A DNA stretch of 64,000 bases from Octopus vulgaris (GCA_951406725.2 OX597829.1:24738001-24802000); one strand, 5' to 3'; positions 14,829 to 29,531 are shown, counted from the stretch's first letter. Notes: generated from the letters alone by a model not told the origin. Program-made: numbers and translations.

Positions 14829-16112
14829 CCTTACAATCACGTCTGCTTAATTCAAGAAGTAGGAATGACGGGCATAATGTAATCCATGATCTGATCTCTC
14901 AACACATTATGGATCATAATACCATGAAGAGAGAATGTTTTGAAAATATTATCAAATCTTTACATTCATTCTCAAAAAGTACATCAAAATTCCTGAACTA
15001 GAACAATAGTTAACATCAAATGACTGATGTAGGATAACACTAGTAATATTCTTCACAACTGCTAATACAAGTTGTCACTCTACATGGTCACTCCATTTGC
15101 TAAAAATAACAACCAAAATCTGAATTCATCTTCACTCTACTATCTTCAAAAAGATGAATAAATGAACATCATGAATAATGGAGTTTAAATATGTAATGTC
15201 TGAAATAGAGATAGGATAGTCACTGCTGGAATCCCTTTAATCAAAGTTTTATTCAGTAAGGGCTGACCTATGTTCAAGGTTTTCTGAATAAAAAAAAAAT
15301 ACAGTGAAAAGTATTCCACCTATGAATATTCCAAAATGTGTGGCTTGTGATAGTTTTGACTAATTAGGAAAGGCTTTGCCTTAATGACAACTGATGCCAC
15401 TTAGAAAAATCTGGAAATGAAGCCGATATTGAAGAAGGAGTAGACATTACGTATTTAGAGATTAATTAACAGAACTTCAATTAGTTTTTTCCCAGTAAAC
15501 AAGATTAGTCAGTGACTAGACAGTCATACTCCCAATAAGGACATTACTTCATCCACACCACAACCTACACTACATACACACATTCGTGCGTGTATGTGTA
15601 ACAGAGAGAGTGGGAAGAGGTAGTGTCATGTTGTGGATGACACATGGAAACTGACAGGAACAAGAAATTTTAATTTGTAGGCAATTAATTGTCTAACACT
15701 TGTACTTTTCCTTATCATCGTCATTGTCTAACATCCGTGTTCCATGTTGGTATTGTTTGAAAGGATGAAATGGTCAATGGACTGCATTGTACTCAAATGT
15801 TTGCTTTAGCAGGATTTCTACAACTGGATATATCCAGTATTTATTGGGTGCAGTTTTCATGCTGCCAGCACTAGTGAGGTGGCCATGCAACTTGCGAGCC
15901 TACAAACCCTAAGAAAGACAGCTTTGTATTAGAAGATGAAGGGTTAAAGTATGAAGAGAGGTGCCAGAAGAGAAAGAGAGATAAAATAGAGGTGTAGAAT
16001 GTGTGTAGATATGACTGGAATTAGAGGGACCAGGGATGTGGATAGGTGAAGATTACAAGAGTGTGTGGGGAAGTGAGAGATGAAGATTAGGTAAGGGGAA
16101 GGGAAGAAGGTG

Positions 16113-16147
<35 letters not shown>

Positions 16148-16193
16148 TGTATGTATGTATGTATGTATGTACGTACGTATGTACGTATGTATG

Positions 16194-16253
<60 letters not shown>

Positions 16254-16332
16254 ATTAGGGAGTAAATCCAAACTTACGGGGAAAAATTAGATTTAGGATT
16301 AAATCTAATTTTATAGTATAAATATATATATA

Positions 16333-17564
16333 CGAGGGGTGTTCAATAAGTAATGCCCCTGACCCACTTCCCATAGAGTAGAGCAACGACACTTGGCACA
16401 GTTATTAGTATTTTCCTACATAGGAACTACCCAGAGTTATGCATTTCTTCCATCGTTTGATACAGCTCTGGAGACCGTTTTTGTAGAAGAACCCAGCTTG
16501 GTCCTCCAACCACGACGTGACTTCAGAAATCAAGGCTGCATCATCTGGGAAACGCTTTCCTTTCAAAATCAACTTCATGGCTGGGAAGAGGTGAAAATCA
16601 GAGGGTGCAAGGGGAGGAGTTCATAGCTGCACGCCTGTGCTTCTGATCTGGCGACACGCGAGTTGTGGACCGGAGCATTGTCCTGCAGGAGGAGGATGCC
16701 TTTGCTGATCTTGCCCCGTCTCTTGATTTTGATAGCTTCTCTTAATTTCCTCAAAAGTGAAGCATAATTGTGGTACCCTTTGCCAGGAAATCTGCCATCA
16801 CTACTCCGTCCTGGTCCCAGAAGACTGTGAGCATAACCTTGTCAGCGGAGGAGGTGAGTCACGGTGCTTTCACTGCATTGACTGGGCTTTGGTCTATGGA
16901 TCATAGTGATGGACCCAGGTTTTATCTTGTGTGATCAGTCTTTTGAAAAATTTAGACTCATCTTCTTGGCACATCTCCAAATTCATCCTCGAGCACTCAA
17001 CGCGTTCTTGCTTCTGGAAAGGTGTGAGCAACCTGGAAATCCATCTGGCAGACACCTTTTGCATATGCAAATGGTCATGAATGATAGTTTTCACAGACCC
17101 GGTACTAATCTTGACCTTATGGGCTATTTGGCGAATAGTTATGCATTGACCTTCCAAAATGGCAGCCTCAACTTGACGGACAGACGTCTCGTCAACGGTA
17201 GGAGGGGGGCGACCAGATCTGGGGACTGTTTCCACAGAGTTCCGACTATGTTTGAATTCACGATGCCAGCGTTTTACAAGGTCATATGATGGGGCATCAT
17301 CACCATAAGTTACTTTCATTTCATCAAAAGTCTCCCGTGGTGTGCATCCTTTCAAATACAAAAACCAGATCACTGCTCGACACTCAACAGGCTCCATTTC
17401 ACACTTGACTCAGTTCAAACACCTGTAAATCAGAAACCACAATTAGTTCAGAGCTGTAATTCGCCACTTAATCTATAGAGGTATAGATAAGTGCACATGC
17501 AAAATGTCAGCTAGATCAAACAACTGCAAGTGGGTCAGGGGCATTACTTATTGAACGCCCCTCA
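16333..17564 (-). mobile_element. Mariner transposon, full length, transposase disrupted
   Basis: TIRs cgaggggtgttcaataagtaatgcccctgacccact / agtgggtcaggggcattacttattgaacgcccctca, TA TSD in (TA)n; ORF 16894-17397 with HTH, ARWISRLL, ITQDKTWVHHYDP. Confidence 0.95.
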
Positions 17565-17977
17565 TATATATTATATTAAATTAGAGATAAAACAACTCTT
17601 AGGCAAATCAAACAGTGAAAATCATAAACCAATACGTAGAAATAAAATTAATTAATAAAAAATATATAAAATATAAAATTAAAAATTTAAAAAATTTTTT
17701 GAATTATTTAAATTAATAATTTATACTTATAAATTTTTAAATATATATATATATATTTTTTTTTTATTATTACTCTTTTACTCTTTTACTTGTTTCAGTC
17801 ATTAAAGCACCGCCTTTAATCGAGCAACTCGACCCCGGGACTTATTCTTTTTTGTAAGCCCAGTACTTATTCTATCGGTCTCTTTTGCTGAACCGCTAAG
17901 TAACGGGGACATAAACACACCAGCATCGGTTGTCAAGCAATGCTAGGGGGACAAACACAGACACACAAACACACACA

Positions 17978-18018
<41 letters not shown>

Positions 18019-18266
18019 GACGGGCTTCTTTCAGTTTCCGTCTACCAAATCCACTCACAAGGCTTTGGTCGGCCCGAGGCTATAGTAGAAGACACTTGCC
18101 CAAGGTGCCACGCAGTGGGACTGAACCCGGAACCATGTGGCTGGTAAACAAGCTACTTACCACCCAGCCACTCCTGTGCAATTTTTAAAAAAAATATAAC
18201 TATCAAAAAGTATTAGAAGTTTAATATAAAGAGTAAAATATAAAGAGTAAAAAGAGTATTATATAT

Positions 18267-18325
<59 letters not shown>

Positions 18326-18511
18326 TAATAATAATAGGGAGTATAACCATGAAACATACGTAGTTTTTTTACTTATTATATATTGATTATTCATTCTTAT
18401 ACTTTTTCTGATCTAGTTATATGTTTTATAAAAATATATTTTATTTGTTATTTATGTTTTGGTTTATGTCTGTCATTGTTTGAATTGCATAATAGTGGTT
18501 TTATCTCTATT

Positions 18512-18576
<65 letters not shown>

Positions 18577-18699
18577 TAGTTGAATGAATTATCCTAGTAT
18601 GGATAATTCGGTTAACCGATACCCGGGTAGCAAATTCACGTCAGAAAACACGGTTAAAGCTATATGCCAAGGGCAGAGATCACGTGCTTTCGTGTGGAA

Positions 18700-20312
18700 A
18701 TTTATATACAGTTCGATAATAAGTTGTGGGTCCGCAGAGATACCCCCAACGCGTTCGATGTGCTAATGGGAAGTACAGACAACGTCCATATAGCCGATTT
18801 GGTCAGAATCTATATTCTCCATGAATTGGCCGACCAATTCCCGGACATCTGTGGTGGTCTGTATCGAGACGATTGTCTACTTTACCTCCAGAATGCTCCG
18901 AACAATAGGATACAGAAGACTAAGAACAGATTAGCTAGATTTTTTAGCAGAATGGGCTTGAGCATAGTTTTCGACGACGAATTAACTAAAGCCAACTTCT
19001 TAGATGTTACCCTAAATCTGCAGAATAATTCATACTTCCCTTATCATAAGCCTTCTACTAATCTTAAATATATCAGCATTTTCAGTAACCATGCCAAAAC
19101 TATTAACAATAATTTAGTTAAAAATATTTCTTTAAGACTGTCAAAATTATCTGCTAATGTCAACATCTTTAACCAGAAAGCGGAATTTTATAACGCCGCC
19201 TTGTCAAAAGCCAGTTATAGAGATAAAGTATCATATAACGACCCGCCTCATTCTAAACCAATATATGCTTCTCAGGATAAGAAAACTAATAACAATAGAA
19301 ATAGTGAGAATGATGATTTCAGCTCTAACAACGTCGGCACCACTATACTTAAGAAAAATAATTTACGGACCAGGGGAGGCAATTGGCAACCAACCCCAAT
19401 TTTCCAGCACAGAAATATTCCCTTTAATGTAACTGGTAACACTTTGAACAATTCTAAGTCCACAAAAAACTATATCTGGTTTGTCATACCTTTCGGAAAA
19501 CAAATCAAGTCAAACCTTCCTTTACAGTTCCGTGAAGCTGTAGCTAGGAACTTTCCCAGGAATTCTAGGTATTACTCTACTATCAATTCGCATAAGGTAA
19601 GGATTGCATTCTCTAACGCTAGAAATCTATCGCAAATTATTGCCTCCCATAATAACAAGCTGCTAAATAAGGATTCTTCACCCGGGAGTTACGACACTGT
19701 TCTTACCTATTCCAACCAAACATACAATAATAATAATAATAGAAATAGTATTGATAATAGCAATATTCATAACAGCGTTGGCATTAACAATGGTAATATT
19801 AATAATAATATTAGTCGGATTATTAACAGTGGTAGTGTTAGTGGTAACAATGACAGCATTTCTAATAACAGTGGTAGTATTGATGATAACAACCGCAGCA
19901 TTTCTATAGTCAGGGATATTGCCGGCGATAGTACAATTAATAATAATAACAATAATAGGAATAGTATAGTGGTCAGTGCTAGCAACAATATTAACAGCAA
20001 TCATAACAATAACAACTCCGTCTTAGTCTCAGAGGTAAACCCTAACAGATTAAAGTTCTTGTCCAGTAATTCCAAAATTAGAAATTCCATTTACCAGTGT
20101 AAAATTTCTTCCGGTACCGGTGTCTTCTATATTGGGGCGACTACTTCTAAATTATCCCAGAGGATTTCCAATCATTATTCAACTTTCCAAGATAAGAGAA
20201 AACAACAAAGTACAGGACTAAGTAAATTAGTTTGGCATCTTAAGGACAGCAATATAACTTTCAAGCTGGAATGGTCCATATTGTCTGTATCCTTTCCGTT
20301 TGATAAGGGCAG
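18700..20312 (+). mobile_element. Penelope-like retroelement ORF, 5'-truncated (RT palm/thumb, Asn-rich linker, C-terminal GIY-YIG endonuclease)
   Basis: ORF 18664-20382 contains FDVLMGS, GLYRDD, NFLDVTLNL, PYHKP, SNH and SIYQCK...FYIGAT...RISNH...STGLSKLVWHLK. The last codons derive from a SINE tail. Confidence 0.9.
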
Positions 20313-20454
20313 AACTTTCTCTCACTCTTTCTTCTGTTGGCCTGCTCGCTTAGCCAGCGGGGTGGCGTCATTTGAAGGCTAAAGCAATGCGAAGCGCATT
20401 GTGACCAGCGATGTGTAGCAACATCTGATAGCCTTGTCGGTCACGGTGATCACG

Positions 20455-20490
<36 letters not shown>

Positions 20491-20493
<3 letters not shown>

Positions 20494-23400
20494 TCATCAT
20501 CATCATCGTTTAACGTCCGTTTTCCGCGCTAGCACGGGTTGGACGGTTCGACCGGGGTCTGGGAAGCCAGGGGCTGCACCAGGCTCCAGTCTGATCTGGC
20601 AGTGTTTCTACAGCTGGATGCCCTTCCTAACGCCAACCACTCCACGAGTGTAGTGGGTGCTTTTTACGTGCCACCAGCACAGAAGCCAGTCTAGCATCAG
20701 CCACGATCGGTTGGTGCTTTTAACGTGCCACCGGCATGGAAGCCAGCCAAGGTGGCGCTGGCACCGGCCACGTTCGGATGGTGCTTTTTATGTGCCACTG
20801 GCACAGAAGCCAGTCGAGGCGGCGCTGGCAACGGCCACGTTCGGATGGTGCTTTTTATGTGCCACCGGCACAGGTATCACAACTACTATTTCCATTGATA
20901 TTTGTTTCAATGTTCATGAACATGCACTTGACTCAACAGGTCTCCTCAAGCACAGCAAGATGTTCTGGGATCCAAGGTACTTTGAATGGGCAGGGGCTAT
21001 GCGGAACTGGTGCCGGAAGCAGCCCTGGTCTTTGCAGTCACAGCACATCTCCAGAGATCTCGGTCCTTCGCCATTGCCTCAGTGAGGCCCAATGCTCTGA
21101 GGTCATGCTTGACTACCTCATTCTATGTCTTCCTGGGTCTACCTCTCCCCCTGATTCCTTCAACTGTTTGGGAGCGACACTTCTTCACACATCTCTCCTC
21201 ATCCATCCACAGTACATGACCATACCATTGCAAGCGTCGCTCTTGCACACCACATCTGATGCTTCTTATGTCCAGCAATTCTCTCAGGGTGCTAACACTC
21301 TGTCGTGCATGCACACTGACATTACACATCCAGCGGATCATGCTAGCTTCATTTCTTTCAAGTCTACGCATGTCCTCTGCAGTCACGGCCCATGTTTCAC
21401 TACTGTGAAGCATGGCAGTTTGCACACATGCATCATACAATCTACCTTTCACTCTGAGTGAGAGACCCTTTGTCGTCAGTAGGGGTAGGAGCTTTCTAAA
21501 CTTTGCCCAGGCTATTCATATTCTAGTGGTGACACTCTCTGAGCATCCACCTCCACTACTAACTTGGTCACCCAGGTAGCGGAAACTATCGACTACTTCT
21601 ACTTTCTCCCCCTGGAGTGTGATGGAATCTGTTTTCTGAGTATTTGTGGTGTCTATTGTCCCTGTGCATCTGCCGTACATGAAAGCTATCTTAGTTAATT
21701 TCCCTTTGATGTTGCTGCACCTCTTATGCATCCCTAGCTTACACTGGGTGCATCTTATGGAGTTTCTACCTACATCTTTCCTACAGATCGAGCAGGGCCA
21801 CCTGCCCGATGGGGTGTGTGCTGAGTTCGCCTTTCTGCTTACTATAACTTTGGTCTTTGCTACATTTACTCTAAGGCCCTTTGATTCTAACCCTTGTTTC
21901 CACACCCAAAATTTCTTTTCTAGTTCCGGTAGTGATTCTGCTATGAGAGCCAGGTCATCAGCATAGAGGAGTTCCCAGGGGCAACCTGTTTTGAATTCCT
22001 CTGTTATTGCCAGGAGGACTATGATGAATAAAAGGGGACTGGGGGCTGAGCCTTGGTGTACACCTACTTCTACCCGGAATTCTTCACTATATTCATTGCC
22101 AATCCTAACCTTGCTGACAGCCTCTCTGTATAGGGCCTGTACAGCCCTTATTAGCCATTCGTCAATCTCCAGTTTCCCTCTGGATAGCTGGTCCCTCTAC
22201 TGGGTCAACATTTGGCAGGCTCTCCTCCTCCCATTCATTCTCCACATTCAGCAGTCTTTCATAATGGCTTCTCCAAGCCTCTTTCTTTTCACCAACATTA
22301 AAAGGAAGTGCCCCATCATCCATGCGGACACATTTCTCTCCTGTAACATCACTATTTTCTCTCACACACTGTCTAGCAATCCGAAATACCTCAGTTCTTT
22401 GGTCCTCACGTCGCTGGACATTGGCAAACTTCTTCTTTTCTGCTATATCTTTGGCTATGTATACCTGCCGCCCGGCCTCCCTTTTGGCTACTTGGTACAG
22501 TTCCCTGTTACCCCCATCCCTCCAGGCGGCACTCAGCAAGCTGTCCTGTAGGAATTTCCAGCTACCTTCTATGTCCGAAGTCTGTAGCTCCTCCTCCCTC
22601 TCATCAAATTTCTTGATGAGGATGTCCCTAAATCTCTGACCATGTGAATGGTTCTTTAGCTTCCAAATCCTTCTTTTCTGGATTGGTCTGTTTCTTGGAG
22701 TCCTTCTGGCCTCAAGCCTAAAGTCACTAATGATTAGCCTATGCTGAGGGATACATTCTTCACCCGGGAGGGTCTTTGTATTTAAGAGCGACTCTGCATC
22801 CCACTGTATGGTGAAGATGAAGTCTATTTGGCTAGCGGAGTCTCCTGACTGATAAGGTATTAGGTGGCAGTGAGGCTTCCTGAAGTTAGTATTGCAGATT
22901 AAAAGGTTACATGCATCACAGAATTCTAGTAGTCTAGTTCCCTCATCATTTCTGGTGCCAATACCATGGCCACCGTGTACCCCAGTGAAGATACCCGATT
23001 CCCGCCCAACATGCCCATTAAAGTCTCCACCCACAAAGATGAGGTCCTTGCCACTAGTCTTTGAGGTAGCCTGTAGAAGGGTATCATAAAAGTGGTCCTT
23101 CTGATCATTTGGTAGCCCCGCATGTGGGGCATAGGCGGAGATAATTGTAGCTGTGCCACTCTGTAGGACTAACCTGAGCTTAAGCACTCTATCGCAAACC
23201 CTGACAACCTCTATGACCTTATCCACCCATTTCTCCGCAAGGAGAATGCCTACACTCCCTACAACATCCATGTTACCTTGCCAGAAGACTTTATACCTAT
23301 GTGCCTTGCCTGTGAGGAACCTAGCTGAAGCACCTCTCCATCTTACCTCTTGTATGCAGCATACATCAACCCGTCTTCTCTCAAGCATCTCTACAATCTC

Positions 23401-24480
23401 ACTAGATCTACCTTTCAGTCTACCAACATTGACAGTGCCAACTCTGAAAACTGGGAAGGAGATGTGTGGAGGAGGGGTGCAATTCAGCGCTTGAAAAGAA
23501 GAGGGTTGTTTTGATGGTGATCGTTTTTTAGGCATTTTTCATCTGATCTCTCTTCCGACCTGACAACATTCAAGCATTTAGGCATGTTAAGGTTCTGGAC
23601 TCTGCCTACGGCAGGGGCTGGTGTTAGCAGCATTGTAAGCATAAGCATTAAGGTCATTGATGGTGTAGATGTAAGCTCTGTGGTAGAAATACTGAAATTC
23701 TAGGTGTTAGTAGTATTCTAAGCAAGCATTATGGTCATTGAGCAACGTGGTTTAAGCAGTGTAGCAGAAACATGGATATTCTAGAGATGGGGTGGGGTGG
23801 GGGTTCCAGCAGGGAGAGTGGGGGGAAGAAATGGGGGAGAGAGTGCAGGTAATATAGGGGAGCACCAGTGGGGAGGTGTGTTAGGAGAAACGATTACAGG
23901 TAGGGGTGGTGGCAGGTTCTAGACAAAATTAAATGTAGGATATCACGAGAGGGGGGGGACTGGAAGGAGGGGAAGATAAGCAGGGTTAATACATAGTGAA
24001 ATAGCGTATTGAGGAGGAGGGGTTCGAGGAGTAGACACCCATAATGGTGGTGGGAGAAGGGATATCCGGTATAGATGGAGTAAATATATAGAGAGATATC
24101 CGGTATTGGTGGTTGGGGTGGGAAAGGGCGGGTGCACCGCGAATGGCGAAGTTTTGATTCAGGAGAGAGTGGCAGATGTATGGAAAGAGAAGAATTAGGC
24201 AAACGAGGTTTGAAGAAACAATGTCATAGATAACGAACAAATTATCGTAGAGAGCGAGCAAAGGACAAAGTAATATGGAGAAAGGATCAAAGTAGAGAAA
24301 GAAAGAAGGAAAGAAAGAAAGAAATTATCAGCACATAGGGATGAATTATTATGAGATAGGACTGAAAATGAAAAGATTATATTTTGGGAAACAATATCAA
24401 CAGCTTAGCTCACAAAAAGAAACAACAAGCAGATTAGTAAATAGATAATACATTTTTTAGTGTTAGTGGCGAATGTAGTA
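20491..24480 (-). mobile_element. RTE-clade LINE, near full length with internal deletion in RT
   Basis: 457-aa APE ORF 22162-23535 (GTVNV, QEVRW, GDFNGH), RT C-terminal ORFs, tandem-repeat 3' UTR, (CAT)n tail next to (TA)n. Confidence 0.93.
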
Positions 24481-25732
24481 CGAGTGGTCCAGAAGTGGGT
24501 GTGTGGTAAGTAGCTTGCTTGCCAACCAAATGGTTCCAGGTTCAGTCCCACTGCGTGGCATCTTGGGCAAGTGTCTTCTACTATAGCCTCAGGCTGACCA
24601 AAGCCTTGTGAGTGGATTTGGTAGATGGAAACTGAAAGAAGCCTATATCAATATGTTTATATATATGTGTGTGTGTGTGTATGTTTGTGTGTCTGTGTTT
24701 GTCCCCAACATCGCTTGACAACCAATGCTGGTGTGTTTATGTCGCTGTCACTTAGCGGTTCGGCAAAAGAGAGCGGTAGAATAAGTACTGGGCTTACAAA
24801 GAATAAGTGAGGGTGAGGGTTAGGGTTAGTGACAGGATATTGTCTGTTTTAGACGCAGCAAATGATTTTAGCTCAATAGAGGGCATAGGATTGGTTAAAA
24901 TTCGAAAAATTAAACTATGTTAAACTTACAAATTACAATTTTCTCAAGAGAAAAAAATGTTTTATTTTGACACATTCTACCAGTATACGAAGTTTAAAAG
25001 TGTTTAGTTAACTAGAAATTGTGTTGAAAACTGCTGTTCAAAAGGAAAAGATCCTCAGTCAGCCCCTTGTGCATGTACACACATTAGATATTTGACATGT
25101 CAATGTAGTTTCACATGAACTTGCAATGAGATAGGTGTTGTATTTTGTGTGCTTGGGATCACCTTGAAAATGGAAATCCAAATGAACATTATTGACACCT
25201 CGAATTTTTTATTTGAATAAAGGAGAAATAAGCAACAGAAACCTATAGGAAAAACATGTGTGTCAGATGTGGTTTTCAACGTTTCTATCATGAAACTTTT
25301 TCATTCATGCTGCACTTTGCTCTTGCTGACCAATTGAGATTAACAGCAACAAAATAAAGGAATTTTGTTGACACCAACCCCTTCTGTACAACCAAGATGA
25401 TCGCAGATGTACTCTAAATATCCAAATCAAGTGTTGATAACCAGATGGTTATCAACTTGGTTATGTCAACAGGCTCAATGTTTAGGTCCTACAGTAATTG
25501 AGTGAAGTTAACCTCACCCAATGGATTTCCATCTATGATTCTCGTTACTCTTTTACTTCTTTCAGTCCTTTGACTGTGGCCATGCTGGGGCACCACCCCA
25601 GGGCTTATTCTTTGGATGCCTAGTACTTATTCTATCAGTCTCTTTTGCTGAACTGCTAAGTTACGGGTATGTAAACACACCACCATCGGTTGTCAAGTGA
25701 TGCTGGAGGGACAAACAGACACACAAACATAT

Positions 25733-25763
<31 letters not shown>

Positions 25764-26480
25764 CGACGGGCTTCTTTCAGTTTCTGCCCAAGGTGTCACG
25801 CAGTGGGACTGAACCCGGAACCATGTGGTCGGTAATCAAGCTACTTACCACACAGCCACTCCTACGCCTATGCAAAAATGTGAAGATAATAACTTCCTTT
25901 TGATGAGAATGATGACAGGAGAGGTAAAATGGATTGTATATAACAATGTGAAGTACAAGAGGTGTTTGGCTGTTGTGCTAATGCTCGCATTTCCAAGATA
26001 GGAAACTACAGGCTAGGAAGAGAAAACACTGTGGTTCACACAGTGCAACCTTGGTGAGCTGGTGAAAGGTAGTGTTTCTTCTTGACTCCACGCGTGTTGT
26101 GCTTAAAACCGTGTTTATATCCTTGAGTGTGATAAAATGCAGAAATAGATTATCCTGCTTCCAGCCACAGTGTTGCTGCCAGGATTTGAAAAATAAGGCA
26201 AATTCCACCCCACCCCACCTTATTTTGTGATTTACGAGGGATTTTTGAAAAACAAGGGAGAATTTGCAGTGATGTTCGGTGAACAAATTAAACACACTAC
26301 CTGGCAGTGGCTAAAACAAGAACTGATCAAGTTTATGTTTAAATTTTCTTTTGATGTGTTTGTTTCCTTTTACACAATATCAAAACAACGGCTAAAAATT
26401 TTCTGAAGCAGCATCCCGACTAATTTTATCTACGAGCCGTCACTAGTCGAGACTTACTTTCAAGCTTTGTTTGTCTATAC

Positions 26481-26683
26481 CAGTGGTTTTCAACCAGGGT
26501 TCCGCCAGTACAGTCCAGGGGTTCCGCAAGAAGTTACTAAACTGCTAAAATCGGCAGTAATTTTTAATTCTCTTGTGCAGATATGTGTGCATAAGACTAT
26601 TAAATTATTGCACAGGGGTTTTCCTCGAGCCAGTGGAATGTTTCCTTGGGGTTCCGCTCCAGCAAAAAGTTTGAGAAGCACTG
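26481..26683. mobile_element. hAT MITE
   Basis: TIR cagtggttttcaa / ttgagaagcactg and perfect 8-bp TSD GTCTATAC. Confidence 0.9.
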
Positions 26684-26839
26684 GTCTATACGGTAAGTGC
26701 TGGACCTGGAAGGTAGAAGGGGGATTGGTCAAATTTGTGCAGTGGGAAGTCGTCTGTTAAATGTGCAAGGAAAGTAGATGCTTTCTCCCTGGAAGTACTG
26801 CACGCAAACACTTTTTTATTGTGAAAAAAAAAAAAAAAA

Positions 26840-27458
26840 CGTAACATATTGTTTTCAGTAATAAATAAAGCAGGCAGATTTTATTCGTGTTTTATCTTTT
26901 ATTTACATTTTAGAACTGAACTATTTGTACATACAGTTGAAGGGACATAATTCATAAAATACTTGTCAATGCTATGTTACATCCCCCTTATCAAATGGAA
27001 AACTTTTATCTTTTCATCAATGGTCTACTTACATATGAACTCCTTAAGCTTTGCAGAGAACTCTCTCATTCTCCCAGGATAGCCCAGTGTCCCTGGTGGT
27101 TGGTCACAAAGCACCTGGGCATGCTGAACTGGAACTGCTGGAGTACTAATATTTACCGTGGGGTCAGCACCTATGTAGGCTGACACTGATGGATCGTTGA
27201 CCCAGTAAACTGAACGTGATCTTCTTCTATGGCTAGTGTAGCTCCTGCGGTCGTTGCCCGTTGCGTCCGATCAGTCTTCCATCGTTTTGCATTCTGACGA
27301 TGAAGCTATGTGGTTCCGTGCATTTATCTATAAATATTGCTGGTTGTCATGTGTTATTTCCTTGAAAGACAGACACTTTACATCTTATAACTAATTCAGA
27401 AAGGTCTTTTGCATTTCTGTTGTAGTACTGTTGTTGTATTTTGATTGATGCCTTACCA
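26840..27458 (-). mobile_element. Gypsy 3' end: integrase C-terminus, PPT and short LTR (26840-26981)
   Basis: QQYYNRNAKDLSEL...PHSFIVR...GRLIGRN; AAGGGGGA then TGTAACA...TGTTACG. Confidence 0.72.
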
Positions 27459-27461
27459 TTT

Positions 27462-27876
27462 CTTATTTCTTTATTACCCACAGGGGGCTAAACATAGAGG
27501 GGACAAACAAGGACAGACAAAGGGATTAAGTCAACTGCATTGACTCCAGTGCGTAACTGGTACTTAATTTATCGACCCCGAAAGGATGAAAGGCAAAGTC
27601 GACCTCGGTGGAATTTGAACACAGAACACAAAAACAGACGAAATACCTATTTCTTTATTGCCACAAGGGGCTAAACATAGAGGGGACAAACAAGTACAGA
27701 CAAACGAACTAAGTCGATTACATCGACCCCAGTGCGTAACTGGTACTTATTTAATCGACCCCAAAAGGATGAAAGGCAAAGTCGACCTCAGCGGAATTTG
27801 AACTCAGAACGTAGCGGCAGACGAAATACCGCTAAGCATTTCACCAGCCGTGCTAACGTTACTGCCAGCTCGCCCT
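27462..27876 (-). mobile_element. SINE family B with duplicated body (other copies about 11530-11745, 11090-11250, 13640-13880)
   Basis: ggcgagctggcag head, gttctgagttcaaattcc B-box, gtcgactttgcctttcatcc core. Confidence 0.85.
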
Positions 27877-28052
27877 ACCATTTCTGCCAATCAACAGATT
27901 ATTAAATATACTAAAGATAGTATATTTAATAACCTATTAATTTTTGAGAATAAAGTTTTGACAAATTCTGGCAGCTACAAGTAAAAGACAAAAGTAGTCT
28001 GCATCAACAAACATTATACAGTTGTGAGATTGGATAAATCATTTAACAGGTC

Positions 28053-28097
<45 letters not shown>

Positions 28098-28543
28098 TTT
28101 TTAATCATAAATTGCAAATGAAATATGCACAAAGTCACGGGTATGAACATATTACAATAAGTCTGGTTTCCTTCATTCTGCCAGTCCTCTTTTCTTTGTA
28201 CCCTCTTTATCTAATTATTATCACATGATTTAAAAAAAAAGTTTCCAGACATCACTCACACTATTTTTGTTAATAGGAATTCAGTGCACTTGGTTACACA
28301 TCATATCATTACATTACTAAGTGACCTCCTGTTTCATCACGACCTAGATAGCTCACTACTGACAAACTAAAAATTGCAAAGAACAAATTTAGCCACATAT
28401 TGGAGCTCATAATAATTTGACCTTCCTGTAATAATTAGCCTTTACTCCACAGCATATGGTTCTTAAGAAAATTGAGAGAGAGATTGACATCCCTGTAGAG
28501 ATGACAAAAGATTAAATGTTTTTAACTGTTCCTGATAAATATC

Positions 28544-29531
28544 TGTAGCATATGCTTAGTGAAATTCTCTCTCTCTCTCTCTGTTATATGTAACATAAAT
28601 ATGGACGTAGCAGATAACAGCTAGCCTTCGGTCGCTTGGACCCTGTTGTGTCCACTACTCTGATTGGTTGGTATTGGTGTAGTTTGTTTCTTGCTCTATT
28701 ATGTGCCAATATGCAACCCAACCAATCGCAACCTTCTGATAAGGTCCTATGACACAGTTTTTCTAAAGCTCCATTTGAGCCTATAATCTGCTATAAAACT
28801 TCAGCGATCCATCGAGTTGAGCATCTTTGGTTCTAGACTTTCTAAGGTCAAACCACAGAGCACTCAGCCAGTTCCAGTGACTACACCAGCAACAACATGG
28901 AGAAACATCAACACTTCGTCTAGCAGCATTCAGGACCTCCATCTCCATCACCTTCATCTTAACGACGCCAACAACATCTCTACGTACACAGCAACATTCG
29001 CTCAGGTTTAACTTCTCACTGTTTGTGAAATACTTCACCATGGTTAACAGTAAGCTCAACCTGCGAGAACCTTCAGTAGCCACAACTGTTTACACAACAC
29101 GTGATTCAGCCGGCTCTGCATTGTAGCCACAACTTCTTGTTACAGCATTTCAACTCTTGTGTACCTCGCTACGAACTGGTATTTATCTTCATTGTGTCTG
29201 AACTTCTAACTTCCTGTTATAGACTCTTTCTATCCTCTGTATTTTATCTCACACGCATACACCCTTGTTTGTACACACATACACATTATGTATGCATGAC
29301 GGCCTGTCTATTGTTATCATTATTATTATATATGTACTTATGTTGCACACACAGACACACACTCTGCTAACACCATAAATAAAACCTTTCTCTTAACATT
29401 CTACGGGTGTGTCGTCTTTTCCTTCTGGCACTCATACTCATTTAATCCTTTTTGTTTTATTGTAAGCGACCATGCGGTGTATTAAAGGAGTCATTCATTT
29501 GTCACCTCTCCTTTCACATGGTCGTTCTACA
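28544..29531. mobile_element. Solo LTR (988 bp)
   Basis: TGTAG...CTACA termini, perfect 4-bp TSD TATC; removing it restores Gypsy PDKYPIPHI. Confidence 0.85.

Noticed and set aside
20313-20382. C-terminal extension of the 572-aa PLE ORF
   Set aside because: Read-through into SINE-tail sequence, not part of the GIY-YIG domain.
24808-24830. Telomere-like gggtta repeats
   Set aside because: Only two to three units within a repeat element, not an interstitial telomere array.
28781-29370. ORFs of 64-100 aa
   Set aside because: Lie within a solo LTR and show no recognisable domain.
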